DNA of 64,000 nucleotides from an uncultured Fibrobacterota bacterium (GTDB lineage: Bacteria > Fibrobacterota > Chitinivibrionia > Chitinivibrionales > FEN-1185). The notes under the pieces were generated by a model. That model had not been told where the DNA came from. It was given only the letters and a program-made list of their open reading frames with translations, and searched no databases. Numbering within the stretch: position 1 is the stretch's first letter; each line of letters begins with the position of its first letter. Shown here piece after piece: positions 36,691 to 47,047 of this stretch. Where the stretch lies: contig CAVSQB010000028.1 in assembly GCA_963729895.1 (NCBI GenBank), positions 1 to 64,000 on the forward strand, read 5' to 3'. The translations under genes and the position numbers were made by a program.

Positions 36691-39152
36691 CGGGACCTCA
36701 TGGATTCTACGAAAAGATCAAGGTAAAAGTATGTATTCCTGAAATCATAGACGGCATCCAGCGGCTCGGATAGACCGCGGTTGTTGTAGGCATCCGTAAA
36801 TCTCGCAAACAATTCCCGGGTGCATGGTTCGATCTCGATAGAATCTATGGTGGCTTTTGGAGCATCTTTGCGCATCAACACGTATGCCTGCTGGTAAAGC
36901 CGATGGTTTCCCGGGACCTCCAGGTCGGTTAACAAATGAAAAGAAACGGCAAGTTTCTTTTCCCGCAGCATCAGCAAATTGAAGGCCATCCAATATTCAA
37001 AAGCCATCCTGTTCTTAGGATTTTCATCCAAAATGGTTTCGAGCAGGGAAAGAGAATTGGTGTTACTTTGCATGATCTTTTCGCCCTTAAACATCTGATC
37101 ATGAAGATATTTTATTTCTTCCTCAACAGGGGGTGAGGACACATGGTCAAGATAATTCTGATACGGTTTCGCCCATGAGGCGCATCCCGGCTCCCGTTCC
37201 AAAGCTCTCAGGAAAACCCTTGCCGCCGTTGTTTGATTCTTTACGAGATGAATTTTGGCCAACAGCAGAAGAACAAGGGGATGTTTTCCTTCGGCCAGAA
37301 TTTGATACGCCACTTCCTCCGCGGGCGAGATCAACCCGAGTTCAAACCAGGTTTCGGCAAATTGCAATCGTGCGTGCGTGTCTCCCCAATTGGGGAAGAG
37401 GGCATTCGGATTTTGAGGGACGATAAGAAAATCATCGCTCATCCGTCCCGTTTGGTACAGCGCCCTGTTTATGTCCAACATGACATAATCATTGAGTGAT
37501 TGGCTGCTCAACTGACGAACTTCTGGAAGCACCTTGTCCCATTGTCCGGTCCTGGCCATATAATTGAGGCGGAACCGGGCGTGTCTTTCGACATCGAAGG
37601 CGATGCCCCCTATCACCAAACTTGCTGTAATGAGAATTAATGCGCTTGTGGTTCCAATGCCGGCGCTGCCCAGCGGGCGACGCATGAAATGAGAAACAGA
37701 GGTAATAATGGTGAAAGGTGACATTTTGTCCCGACCGCCGCCAGCCCATGCAATCCATATTCCAAAAAAAGTCATGAGCATCGGGAAAAACCGCAAAATC
37801 TTCAGGGCCGCCAGACCTTCGTTGCTTTCCCGATTCAGCAGAAACGGATTCAGCGGGACAAGGACCTGGGTCCAGTCTTTTCTTGTCGCAAGGGTGAAAA
37901 CGAGGGAAAAGACGAGCACCGCAATAATTTGAACCGGGATCCATGCATACTTTTTTGCGTAAAGCCACTCGTACAGAATGCAGCCGACGGCAAACAGGAA
38001 GACGAAGGCGCCGAATAGATAACTGTTGACGAGAGAAAGAATGAGGAACACGGACAATCTGGTCTTCGAGCGCTCAGGGAAATACCAAATGTACATCATC
38101 CAGGAGGCCAACAGAGCCAAGCCGATTTCAGCGAGAATTAGAATTCCATACGCCCCGGGAAAAACCGACATTGTTTCTTCATGAATCCAAAGCCGCGGGC
38201 CGGAAACAGCCATAAGGCGCAAATAGGAATTGAGAAAGCTGTCAAAAAGGAAAAGTGCTCCCACAAAAGCGATTCCTGCGAAAAGCAGGGTTCCCAAACG
38301 CCAGGAAAAAGTCCGAGCGCCCTGTGCTCCTTCCGCCCCGGAAGAATGTCCGGGAAGCAGCCGTTGCAGTATCCAGGCCGCCAGCATTGCCACGGGAACG
38401 GAAAGAATAAAAATGTACAAAGCGATGGAATCCCGCCGGGCGAGATCGTACTCAAGATAATTATGAAGGGCATTTGAGGAAGGAAGTCTGGCAGTCCAGA
38501 TAAACGCAGTGCCGATAAACGGAATCAGAACTGCCGCGACAACAATCACCGTCCCGAGCAAAAACGACTTTCTTCCAAAAACCTCATGCAGAAAACAGAC
38601 AGCGAGAAAAATGAAAAGGACGTTTTCTCCGAAGAAATAGACTAGTGCGGCACATAGCAGCACGAGAGGAATTCGCACCAGGGCGCGGTGGGGCAGTCCG
38701 ACGTAAAGGACTGCAAGAAAAAGCGACAGATAAAAAGGAAGGATATACACAAATATGATGTCATGTTCGACCGGTAATGCCAGAGTGAGGAGAACGGGCA
38801 GGTAAGGAATGATCTCCATCCGTTTGCCGCCCATTGAGGCCGCGAGGCGCTTTGTGATCCAAAATAAGCAAACAGCGGAAATAGTGAAAAGTGCCGGACC
38901 TGTCCATCTGAAAATCAGGTATTTGAGAACGAAACCGGCAAAGAGCAAACTCAATTGGCCCGGAGCTTTCCACAGGTCAATCAACAAGACTTCTTTCTGC
39001 GTGAATAAATGCAGATCTCCCATGGTGGTGTGAGCGTAAAAACGCAGCCGCGGATCAACGAGCAAATAAAAGTAGAGGAAGTAAAATGTGAAGAAAATGA
39101 CGGCTGGAAGGATTCGGCGAGATAGGGCATCTTTTGTGGAAGTGTCAATCAT
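36687..39152 (-). CDS. DUF6057-like polytopic membrane protein with C-terminal helical (TPR-like) domain
   Basis: Many TM helices, then W..V...N.AL..TG.M.D.F...PQ, LGL...AE, L..L...NP.N.MAFEY..A..LL. 4-bp overlap with the TolB-like gene. Confidence 0.7.
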   Translation of the reverse strand: MIDTSTKDALSRRILPAVIFFTFYFLYFYLLVDPRLRFYAHTTMGDLHLFTQKEVLLIDLWKAPGQLSLLFAGFVLKYLIFRWTGPALFTISAVCLFWITKRLAASMGGKRMEIIPYLPVLLTLALPVEHDIIFVYILPFYLSLFLAVLYVGLPHRALVRIPLVLLCAALVYFFGENVLFIFLAVCFLHEVFGRKSFLLGTVIVVAAVLIPFIGTAFIWTARLPSSNALHNYLEYDLARRDSIALYIFILSVPVAMLAAWILQRLLPGHSSGAEGAQGARTFSWRLGTLLFAGIAFVGALFLFDSFLNSYLRLMAVSGPRLWIHEETMSVFPGAYGILILAEIGLALLASWMMYIWYFPERSKTRLSVFLILSLVNSYLFGAFVFLFAVGCILYEWLYAKKYAWIPVQIIAVLVFSLVFTLATRKDWTQVLVPLNPFLLNRESNEGLAALKILRFFPMLMTFFGIWIAWAGGGRDKMSPFTIITSVSHFMRRPLGSAGIGTTSALILITASLVIGGIAFDVERHARFRLNYMARTGQWDKVLPEVRQLSSQSLNDYVMLDINRALYQTGRMSDDFLIVPQNPNALFPNWGDTHARLQFAETWFELGLISPAEEVAYQILAEGKHPLVLLLLAKIHLVKNQTTAARVFLRALEREPGCASWAKPYQNYLDHVSSPPVEEEIKYLHDQMFKGEKIMQSNTNSLSLLETILDENPKNRMAFEYWMAFNLLMLREKKLAVSFHLLTDLEVPGNHRLYQQAYVLMRKDAPKATIDSIEIEPCTRELFARFTDAYNNRGLSEPLDAVYDFRNTYFYLDLFVESMRSR

Positions 39153-39463
39153 GAGGAGCCTGCCGTTATATGTCTGGGAAGATACACCGGATAGACCGGG
39201 TTTCAACAAATAAAATAGTTCATATTCTGTGCGACAGATTTATTCTTTATCTCATTATTGGACGACACCGCAGATGAATCCCGCGAGCGTACCGTTGCAA
39301 GCGTCAACAACCTCACCCCGCCCTCTCTACCCCTTCGGGTACTTCCCCCTCGTCAGGGATTCCCAAGGGTCACAAGGGTCGCCAGCGGGAGAGGAGCGAA
39401 GATATCATTTGCGAGGGCGCCTGGAAAGAGCCGCGAATGCGAGGATGGCGGCGAGAATATTCT

Positions 39464-41350
39464 TTATTTCACAAGTGCAATATGTCGTTCTATCTGGGTA
39501 TTTCCCGAGGTCAGGCGAAGAAGATAAAGCCCGGGCGCGAGCTGTGAGGTGCTCAACGCTGCTTCTTGCATGCCTGTTCCCGGCGCAAACAGGTTCATGG
39601 TTTTTACCAGCCGCCCCGAAACCGTGTGCAGGGTGAGGTTGGCTTGTGTGCCGTTCTGCATAAAGAACCGAACGAGTGCCAATCCCCGGCCTGTTATGGA
39701 GACTGTCAATCGATCCGGCGTTGCTTTGATCCTCTCAACCATCACCGACGCCGGTCCTCCCACAATGGATTTGATCGCGCCGTACTTGTAATTACGATTC
39801 GGGTTTGAAATGTCGTCTGTAAGTCCCCAGCAACCGTAGCGGTTGTAGCCGCTGCTCAGGGTGAACTGCATCGCAAGCGCGCCGCCGATTGCGAGAAACG
39901 CGGTGTCGTAATTGTATTTAAGCAGCTCTCCCATTTCCGCCTCCCGTTCGGCAAGAATGCGGTTGGACACATCCGAGGTGCTGCCGCCGCCATCGTCGGG
40001 TCCGCCCTCATACGACACAAAACCGCCCGCGAGGTTGTATATCTTGGCTTCGGCGATCCACTGCAGCCGGCCCGCGTCGTTAACTCCCCCGGTCTCATCA
40101 ATCTGACTGTGAATATCGGCATGACAGGCGGACAGGATCTCCGCCGGACTTGCGTTCGTGTCCGCGTCCCCGCTGAAATACGTCTGGCACCCAATGGCGT
40201 AGATGAAATTTTTTGGCGGCCCAAATGCGGAATCCACGTATTGCAACATGGGCTCAACCCACCATTTAAGCATGGGCTTGTGGCTGCAGAGCACCACGCG
40301 GACCCGGTTGTTCAGAGAACCGGCGCCGAACACGCTGTCGAAACTCATGGCGAGCGACACGGTGCGCCTCGCATGATTCTGCTGGTCGGTGATGCCGAGC
40401 GCCTGCGCCCAGGCGTGATTGTACGCACTCTGTTCATAGCCCGGCGCCGTGTTCCAAACCTCGTTGCTGCTTTCCACGTAGATGTTGAGATTTGACTTAA
40501 GGGAATCCTTGAACAATTGCGCAAGCTGGCGGACATAGCCCGCATCCGCGGATAGCGGAACGTTGATCCATGCGTCCATCGTCACGGTGTTGGCAAGATT
40601 GACTACATATTCCCACGCGCCGCCGTCGGGTTTCCCCAGAGGCGCAATGGCGTTCTGGCCCGCGTCCGTAACAAGCTTGCGTTTGCTCCATGGGGTAAGA
40701 CCGGGATACAGAGGATCTATGCCGTTTGGGTTAGTGAACGGCATAAAACGGATCGCTGAAAAATTGATGCCGGTCAATGCCCCGAGAAAATCGTCGGTAA
40801 AGATTTTTGTTGCGGTTAACGGATAACCGGGATGGTTCATCGTGAACCGCGTGAACCCGCTTCTCGGTGCGCTCCCGGCAGTGCGCCGCGTGTTCGTGAA
40901 CGCCAGGTTGATGAACCCGCCGCCCGGGGCCGGCGCGTCGGCAATCACAAAATCAAAGGTGGTGGTATTCGATGCGGAATCGTAGACGGCGTTCTGCACC
41001 GTTCCTTCGCCTGTGCTGGCAACGTTTGCAAGACCGGAAAGGCGGCAATGATACGTTCCGCGCAAGTCAAGATGATACGACGCCGGGTCGTCAATGCTGC
41101 CCGCCCACTCGGCCACAGGACGCAGGTCCAGCACGAAGTTGATGTCACACGTTGGCCAGCCTGACGAATCCACGTCGGCCGCGGCAAGGTCCGCGCCCGT
41201 GCTCACCTTGCTCCAGCGGTAGTTCTCCTTTGCGATGTCCACAAACGAACCGCCGCGCTCGGGAAGGCTTATGTTGACGCCGAGCTGGCCCGCCAGGGAG
41301 GGGATGGCCAGAAGCCAGACGGAGACGAAGGATGTTCCGGTGATTTTCAT
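39464..41350 (-). CDS. Secreted putative TIM-barrel glycoside hydrolase / cellulose-binding-type protein with T9SS-like C-terminal domain
   Basis: Signal peptide, D..GWP, IRFM, DAWINVP, IYVESSNEVWN, SYEGG, WGL. Tail LHTVSGRLV...LAPGLYLLRL. Confidence 0.65.
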   Translation of the reverse strand: MKITGTSFVSVWLLAIPSLAGQLGVNISLPERGGSFVDIAKENYRWSKVSTGADLAAADVDSSGWPTCDINFVLDLRPVAEWAGSIDDPASYHLDLRGTYHCRLSGLANVASTGEGTVQNAVYDSASNTTTFDFVIADAPAPGGGFINLAFTNTRRTAGSAPRSGFTRFTMNHPGYPLTATKIFTDDFLGALTGINFSAIRFMPFTNPNGIDPLYPGLTPWSKRKLVTDAGQNAIAPLGKPDGGAWEYVVNLANTVTMDAWINVPLSADAGYVRQLAQLFKDSLKSNLNIYVESSNEVWNTAPGYEQSAYNHAWAQALGITDQQNHARRTVSLAMSFDSVFGAGSLNNRVRVVLCSHKPMLKWWVEPMLQYVDSAFGPPKNFIYAIGCQTYFSGDADTNASPAEILSACHADIHSQIDETGGVNDAGRLQWIAEAKIYNLAGGFVSYEGGPDDGGGSTSDVSNRILAEREAEMGELLKYNYDTAFLAIGGALAMQFTLSSGYNRYGCWGLTDDISNPNRNYKYGAIKSIVGGPASVMVERIKATPDRLTVSITGRGLALVRFFMQNGTQANLTLHTVSGRLVKTMNLFAPGTGMQEAALSTSQLAPGLYLLRLTSGNTQIERHIALVK

Positions 41351-41497
41351 GGGGTCCTCGCTCTTACGGGTGAAAGGAGGCCGGCTAAAACGCAAAGAGG
41401 CACTATAAGTACACTCACCATCTGCCGAAAAAGCATCTTCAAAACTTGGTGCAGACCGGCCAGGCGCAGTACAAGGGCCGCAAACGGCGTCCTCAAG

Positions 41498-42481
41498 TTA
41501 CCGGACCAGCAAAACGCGTCCTGACCCGGTCAAACCCTGATACCTGTATTTTACGATATAGAAACCATCAGAAACAGCATTCTTTGACTCGTCTTTCCCA
41601 TCCCACTCAACTTGATTGACTTCGGGGCCTTGATACACCCGTCTGATTTCACGTCCCCAAAGACTGAAAATCCTCACGTCCATTCTCCCATCATTTTCCG
41701 ACACGCCCGCGAACCGGATTGAAAGGCCCGAGCTGGCCGGCCGCGAATAAATCAGGCAACAGCGGGAAAGCTTTTGGTTCCTATTTAACTTAGGAGAATC
41801 ACGGAATGTTGATGCCATGCCGTCCGTGGCCGTATAACTGGTGAACCCGAAATCGGCGTTGGTGGTGCCGACCCCATAGTTAAAACCTATTCCCGGATTT
41901 CCCGTTGTATACATAGTGTCGGTCGCCTGGGCTACCAGATTCCCATTGACGTAGGCTTTAATCACATTCCCGGTAATTGTCGCCCGGACAACGTCTCCTG
42001 TAGCCACTCCGCAAGCCGCACCGGAGCATGAACCATCGGTATAGGTGAAATTTGCCGCCGGGCCGTTCCAACGGACGATCTGGGCATACGCCGCGCCGGT
42101 TTTTAGACACCGGAAATTCACCTCATAACCGGTAACGGAATGAGCGGCAATCGTTGTCCGCAGACGAAGCTCCACTTCCTGATACAAAGTACCGTTCGGA
42201 TCATTGCTATAAACAACCGCTGTTGCATCTTGGTCCGGGCCCCAATTTCCTGCCAGCGTGGCCGTTGGATCGGTATAACTTCCCGTGGTAACGTTTCCAT
42301 AAGCCTTCCCCGCCGCTGTTTCCACGTTGAACCAATCGAGACCGGTGGTTGCCCCGTTGATCCATTGTCCTCCCTCGGAAATCGGATTTTCCGTCAGGGG
42401 AAAAGAGGTTGAATAGGTCCTTGCCCCAACATTCATTCCCGTCGCAACGAGCAATGTCGTGATGGCAAGAAAGCATTTCAT
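41498..42481 (-). CDS. Secreted beta-sandwich (lectin-like) protein with FlgD-Ig/T9SS-like C-terminal domain
   Basis: Signal peptide, Thr/Gly-rich beta strands, tail IFSLWGREIR...WDGKD..KNAVSDGFYIVK. Confidence 0.65.
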   Translation of the reverse strand: MKCFLAITTLLVATGMNVGARTYSTSFPLTENPISEGGQWINGATTGLDWFNVETAAGKAYGNVTTGSYTDPTATLAGNWGPDQDATAVVYSNDPNGTLYQEVELRLRTTIAAHSVTGYEVNFRCLKTGAAYAQIVRWNGPAANFTYTDGSCSGAACGVATGDVVRATITGNVIKAYVNGNLVAQATDTMYTTGNPGIGFNYGVGTTNADFGFTSYTATDGMASTFRDSPKLNRNQKLSRCCLIYSRPASSGLSIRFAGVSENDGRMDVRIFSLWGREIRRVYQGPEVNQVEWDGKDESKNAVSDGFYIVKYRYQGLTGSGRVLLVR

Positions 42482-42737
42482 TTGCTATCCTTTTGCAGAT
42501 AGTTCCACACGTTGTCACCAATAATGGGAATTGCCTGCGCACCGTCACTAATATATTCAATGCATTTTCTCTACCGTTACTAATCAACTTGAGAAGGACG
42601 GGGTATCGGCGGCCCCAAACCAAGCAACCCGGTGTACACGACGATTCAGGGAATTTGTATTGTTTCCCGAGTTCCAAAACAATCACCCCATCCATTTGTT
42701 TCACCCTTCTCCCGCTGCAGCGTATTTTCCTACCATC

Positions 42738-43709
42738 ATGATCACCCTTCCCATCACTCCCAATGACGCGAGCATGCGTCTAGACCGTTTCCTGCGCAAA
42801 CGCCTTCCCCTGCGTACCCTGTCCGACATCTACCGTATGATCCGCACCGGTTTTGCTCGCGTAAACGGCAAGCGCGTCAAGGAGAATTACCGTCTGCAGG
42901 AAGGCGACACGCTGGAACTTCGCATGGACGAAACGGAGCTTGCCACGGGAAAGGCGGAAAACGAAGAAGGGCTTGCCGAGCTTTCCAAGACAGAGTTCTT
43001 CCGCCGCAACCTCAAGATTGTCTACGAGGACGAGAGCCTTATTGCCTGCAACAAGCCACCCCACCTTGTCGTGCATTCCGGCACCGGTCACGAGAGTCAG
43101 GCAACGCTTATCGACCTCATCAAGAGCTACATGCTTGCAAAAGACAAGAAGGACGCGGATGCCGATCCTGTTCTCGTGCACCGGCTCGACCGCGATACCT
43201 CGGGCATTATTCTTGTTGCAAAGAACAAGGCTGTAGTGCGAAAGCTCCACACACTGTTGCGCGGCCACGATCTTACAAAGAAATATCTGGCCGTGTGCCA
43301 CGGCGCGCCGCCACAGCAGCAGGGTTCTGTCGAAGCAGACCTCATAAAAACGCTTGAACGCAACGAGGGCACCAAGATGAGGGTCGGCGAAAAGGGCCTG
43401 TATTCAAAGACGGAATACGCGGTGGCCAAGCGGGGAAATGATGTTTGCAAACTGGAACTCACTCTTGTGACGGGCCGAACGCACCAGATACGGGTGCACA
43501 TGGCGCATATCGGGTGCCCGGTGGTGGGTGATGTGCGGTACGGAGATGCACGCAAGGACCAGCGTCTGTTTTCGAAGAGCGGCGTGGTGAGGCGGCTGTA
43601 CCTCCATGCAGGAATGATCTCGTTTGTCCACCCAAACGACGGCAGGCGGCTTACGCTCACGGTGCCCGAGCCTGAGGAGTTTTCTGTGATCATGAAGACA
43701 GGTATGTGA
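42738..43709 (+). CDS. RluA-family (RluC/RluD-like) pseudouridine synthase with S4 domain
   Basis: RLDRFL, NKP, VHRLDRDTSG, TGRTHQIRVH, PVVGD..YG, LYLHA. Confidence 0.93.
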   Translation: MITLPITPNDASMRLDRFLRKRLPLRTLSDIYRMIRTGFARVNGKRVKENYRLQEGDTLELRMDETELATGKAENEEGLAELSKTEFFRRNLKIVYEDESLIACNKPPHLVVHSGTGHESQATLIDLIKSYMLAKDKKDADADPVLVHRLDRDTSGIILVAKNKAVVRKLHTLLRGHDLTKKYLAVCHGAPPQQQGSVEADLIKTLERNEGTKMRVGEKGLYSKTEYAVAKRGNDVCKLELTLVTGRTHQIRVHMAHIGCPVVGDVRYGDARKDQRLFSKSGVVRRLYLHAGMISFVHPNDGRRLTLTVPEPEEFSVIMKTGM

Positions 43710-44758
43710 CACGTTCTTTTCGGTTTTTTTTGTTGAAGGGTAAATTGTGGAAGTGGTAAAATATCTGGGGGTTGGGTCCAAATAACTTTTCATGCGGGGA
43801 AGTTTCCCCCTCGCTTCAGACTCCTCGGCCTTTGGCCTGAGGAGTCTTTCGCTACCCCCTCCTGGGTGCACCCCTAGCAGGGTGTTGAAAAAGTCTCCCT
43901 TTTGTAAACATTTATCCTTATATTATAGGGGAACCCCAACCAAGGAGTATTGATGAGAGGTTCCCAGCCAGCCCAAGGCGGTATGTTCAGCTTCGTTTCT
44001 CCGGATTCCCGAGTGCCGGCAACACACCCGCTTCGTCGTGTCAAACAGTTTACGGACATAGCGCTGCGCCGCCTTTCTCGTGACTTTGAGGCGATGTACA
44101 GCCGGATGGGACGCCCTTCGATACCGCCGGAATGGCTTTTGAAAGCACAGATATTGATGGCTTTGTTTTCGATACGGTCGGACCGGTTGTTTTGCGAGAT
44201 GCTGGACTATAACATTCTGTTCCGATGGTTTCTTGACATGGATCTGGATGCGGCATCGTTTGATCATAGTGTGTTTTCGAAGAACCGAGATCGACTTATG
44301 GAACAGGAGATTGCGCACCGGCTGATGCAGGAAATCGTGCGTCTTGCTCGTTCCGAAGAGTTGTTGTCCGATGAGCATTTCACGGTTGACGGCACGTTGA
44401 TTGAAGCCTGGGCATCGATGAAGAGCTTCAAGCGAAAAGACGCGGAATCGGCGAACAAGACTGACGATGATCGGAGTAATCCGTCGGTTGATTTCCACCA
44501 TGAGAAGCGAAGCAATGAGACACATCAGAGTTCGACCGATCCAGAGGCGCGGTTGGCTCGGAAGAACAAGAGAACGGGAGCGCAGCTGGCGTATTCCGGT
44601 CACGTGCTGATGGAAAACCGAAATGGGTTGTGTGTTGATATCGCCATTGCGCCAGCGACGGGGACAGCGGAACGGGATATGGCGCTTGAGCTGATAAAGC
44701 ATGAACGCAGGCGCGGAAAACGCCGGATGAAGACGGTGGGTGCAGACAAAGGGTATCA

Positions 44759-46401
44759 CCTAAATCCGTGAGAAAAACTTTGGCATTTTGATGATTTTTC
44801 GTGTAGATTAAGGGTGAATGGTGCTTGACTAAATGGCAGTTCACATTATTCACCCGGAAGGTGTCATGCCAAAGCCGAGAAAGTTGATAATCACGGAGAC
44901 GGACGAGTTTCTGACCAGCCATGGTGGAATGGCAATGATCGGGATGCTTGCGGAGCGATCCGGTTTGCGCGAGCGTGTTTCGCAGGTTACTCCGGACAAG
45001 AAGAGCGGGAGTATAAGCACCGCGGACGCGCTGCTGACCATGACGGGGCTTTTGTGTCTTGCCAAACCAGACTTTGACGGGGTCGAGCAGTTTCGTGAAG
45101 ACGACTATTTTCAGGAGATGCTTGGATTGAAAGCGGTTCCTTCCGAGGCTACACTGCGGCAGCGAATGGACGAAACGGGCCTGACCGTTCAAAACGCAGT
45201 CCTTTCCGCTTCGGCGTCCCTGTTGAAAAAAGCAGCGCCACGGCTCACCGCCTGCTTTGGACCGTATATTCCGATTGACGCTGACGTATCTCCTTTTGAC
45301 AACAGTGGTTCTCATAAGGAAGGCGTAAGCTGCACGTACAAGTTGTTCGAGGGATATTCTCCGATGCTTGCCTACATAGGCGTGGAAGGCTACCTGCTGA
45401 ACGCGGAGTTGCGCGAAGGGAAACAACATTGCCAGGAAGGAACTCCGGAGTTTCTGCGCAAGACCATAGCCCTTGCTCGAAAAATAACGGATCGTTCGAT
45501 CCTTGTGCGTCTTGATGCCGGACATGACGATATTGAAAACATGCGAGTCTGCCGCAAGGAAAAGGTCGATTACATAATCAAACGGAACATACGCAGGGAA
45601 TCTATTGACGAATGGCTCGTGGATGCTCAAGCGCTCGGTGACTGGCGTCATCCTCGTGAAGGCAAGACCGTGTACGTTGGTGAGACAATACGGGAAAGAA
45701 ACGGCGAAAACATGCGCGTTGTGTTCGAGGTGATCGAACGGACAATCGACCGCGACGGAAACGCCTTGCTGCTGCCGGATGTAGAGGTTCACACGTGGTG
45801 GACGAGCCTGAGCAGACGCAACGCCGGCCCGGACGACGTTATTGCAGCGTACCGGGATCATGGCACCAGCGAGCAGTTTCACTCGGAGCTGAAGAGTGAT
45901 ATGGCGCTGGAGCGGCTTCCCAGCGGGAAGTTCACGACCAACGCATTGGTGTTGACGTTGGCGGTTCTTGCGTTCAACATGCTGCGGCTCTGCGGCCAAG
46001 TTGGAATCGACAAGGGGTACGTGCCGCGTAAGAAAGTTGCACGCCGGAGATTGCGGAAGGTCATTCAGGATCTTATGTACATAGCAGCACGCGTGATAAC
46101 GCATGCCCGCCGGTTGATGCTTGCCCTGTCGCGGCGGAATCAACTCCGCATAGCGTGGACGCAAACGTATCTGGCGTTCGCCACGGATGGCTGACCTAAG
46201 GAGAGCAATAAACGGAAATAGACCCGTAACCAAACAAACGTCGCCACCGACACGTTGAGTGTATTTGTCAACCATGGGGTCAGAAGCGCAAATCATAGTG
46301 GAATCACCCCGGCAACAACTTATCAAGAAGCCTTAGCAACCATATTCGTTCTTGTCAACGCCGTCAATTTGTTTTTAATAACCTTATCTCACGGAATCAG
46401 G
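44759..46401 (+). mobile_element. IS1380-family element, 1643 bp, 5-bp target duplication TATCA
   Basis: Ends CCTAAATCCGTGAGA / CCTGATTCCGTGAGA. TATCA at 44754-44758 and 46402-46406. Confidence 0.92.
44833..46194 (+). CDS. IS1380-family transposase
   Basis: LTSHGG, PSEATLRQR, IDAD...FDN, GYSP, LREGKQH, VRLDAG, Y.DHGTSEQFHSELK, LPSGKF.TN. Alternative start 44866. Confidence 0.92.
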   Translation: MAVHIIHPEGVMPKPRKLIITETDEFLTSHGGMAMIGMLAERSGLRERVSQVTPDKKSGSISTADALLTMTGLLCLAKPDFDGVEQFREDDYFQEMLGLKAVPSEATLRQRMDETGLTVQNAVLSASASLLKKAAPRLTACFGPYIPIDADVSPFDNSGSHKEGVSCTYKLFEGYSPMLAYIGVEGYLLNAELREGKQHCQEGTPEFLRKTIALARKITDRSILVRLDAGHDDIENMRVCRKEKVDYIIKRNIRRESIDEWLVDAQALGDWRHPREGKTVYVGETIRERNGENMRVVFEVIERTIDRDGNALLLPDVEVHTWWTSLSRRNAGPDDVIAAYRDHGTSEQFHSELKSDMALERLPSGKFTTNALVLTLAVLAFNMLRLCGQVGIDKGYVPRKKVARRRLRKVIQDLMYIAARVITHARRLMLALSRRNQLRIAWTQTYLAFATDG

Positions 46402-47047
46402 TATCATGCAACCGAATTTATCAAGAGCCTGCGACGCCTGCACGTGAAGCCTCACATTGCCGAGAAGGCCAACACTTCGCTTAAAGGGTTGGATGGAAGA
46501 ACGACTCGGCATAAGGGATACAGCGTAAGTCAACGGAAACGAAAACGGGTTGAAGAGATATTTGGGTGGATCAAGAGCGTCGGTGGCCTGCGGAAAACTC
46601 GGGTAAGAGGAATACGAATCAACCAGACTGTTGCCTACGTGGTTGCCGCAGCGTACAACTTGATACGCATGGTTAAGTTGATGCCGCAAACGGTGGGGGC
46701 AGCATGAGAATGGCCTGGGAATCCGGGGAAATGCCTCGGAACGAGGCAGGTAAAACCTCTCTGACATATGTAAAGTTGAAGTTAGGTTCATAAAAAATCA
46801 ACAAGAGCGCTTCTGTTAGGACTATTTCAACAACCTGCTAGAGAGAGTAGATGCAAGAGTCAAGCTCCGGTTGTGGGGGGGCACCCACGAGCGTTTTATT
46901 GAGAAGTGAAGACGCGGGTCTTGATTATTGCGCTTAAAGCAGTCGGGACCGACAACAGGCAGTTGATCTTTTCCTTTGTGTTTCTCGCTTTGATAGGTTG
47001 GTTGTTAATCGGAATCGGTGTTGACATTTTTCTTTGTATTCGCGTTA

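Larger units (their letters stand above)
43950..46707 (+). pseudogene. IS5 transposase split by IS1380
   Basis: N-part to ...GADKGYH (44758); remainder ATEFIKSL...TVGAA resumes after 46406. Confidence 0.92.
43878..46837 (+). mobile_element. Second copy of the CTAG-targeting IS5 element, interrupted by IS1380
   Basis: Same ends as 23952-25263 in opposite orientation. CTAG at 43874-43877 and 46838-46841. Length 2960 = 1312 + 1643 + 5. Confidence 0.93.

Noticed and set aside
39310..39400. C-rich/G-rich REP-like fragment (ACCCCTTCGGGT hairpin) between genes
   Set aside because: Too degenerate to define ends or assign to the 11332 family with confidence.
44428..46326. 632-aa antisense ORF
   Set aside because: Runs across the IS1380/IS5 junction, so it cannot predate the insertion; shadow of the transposases.
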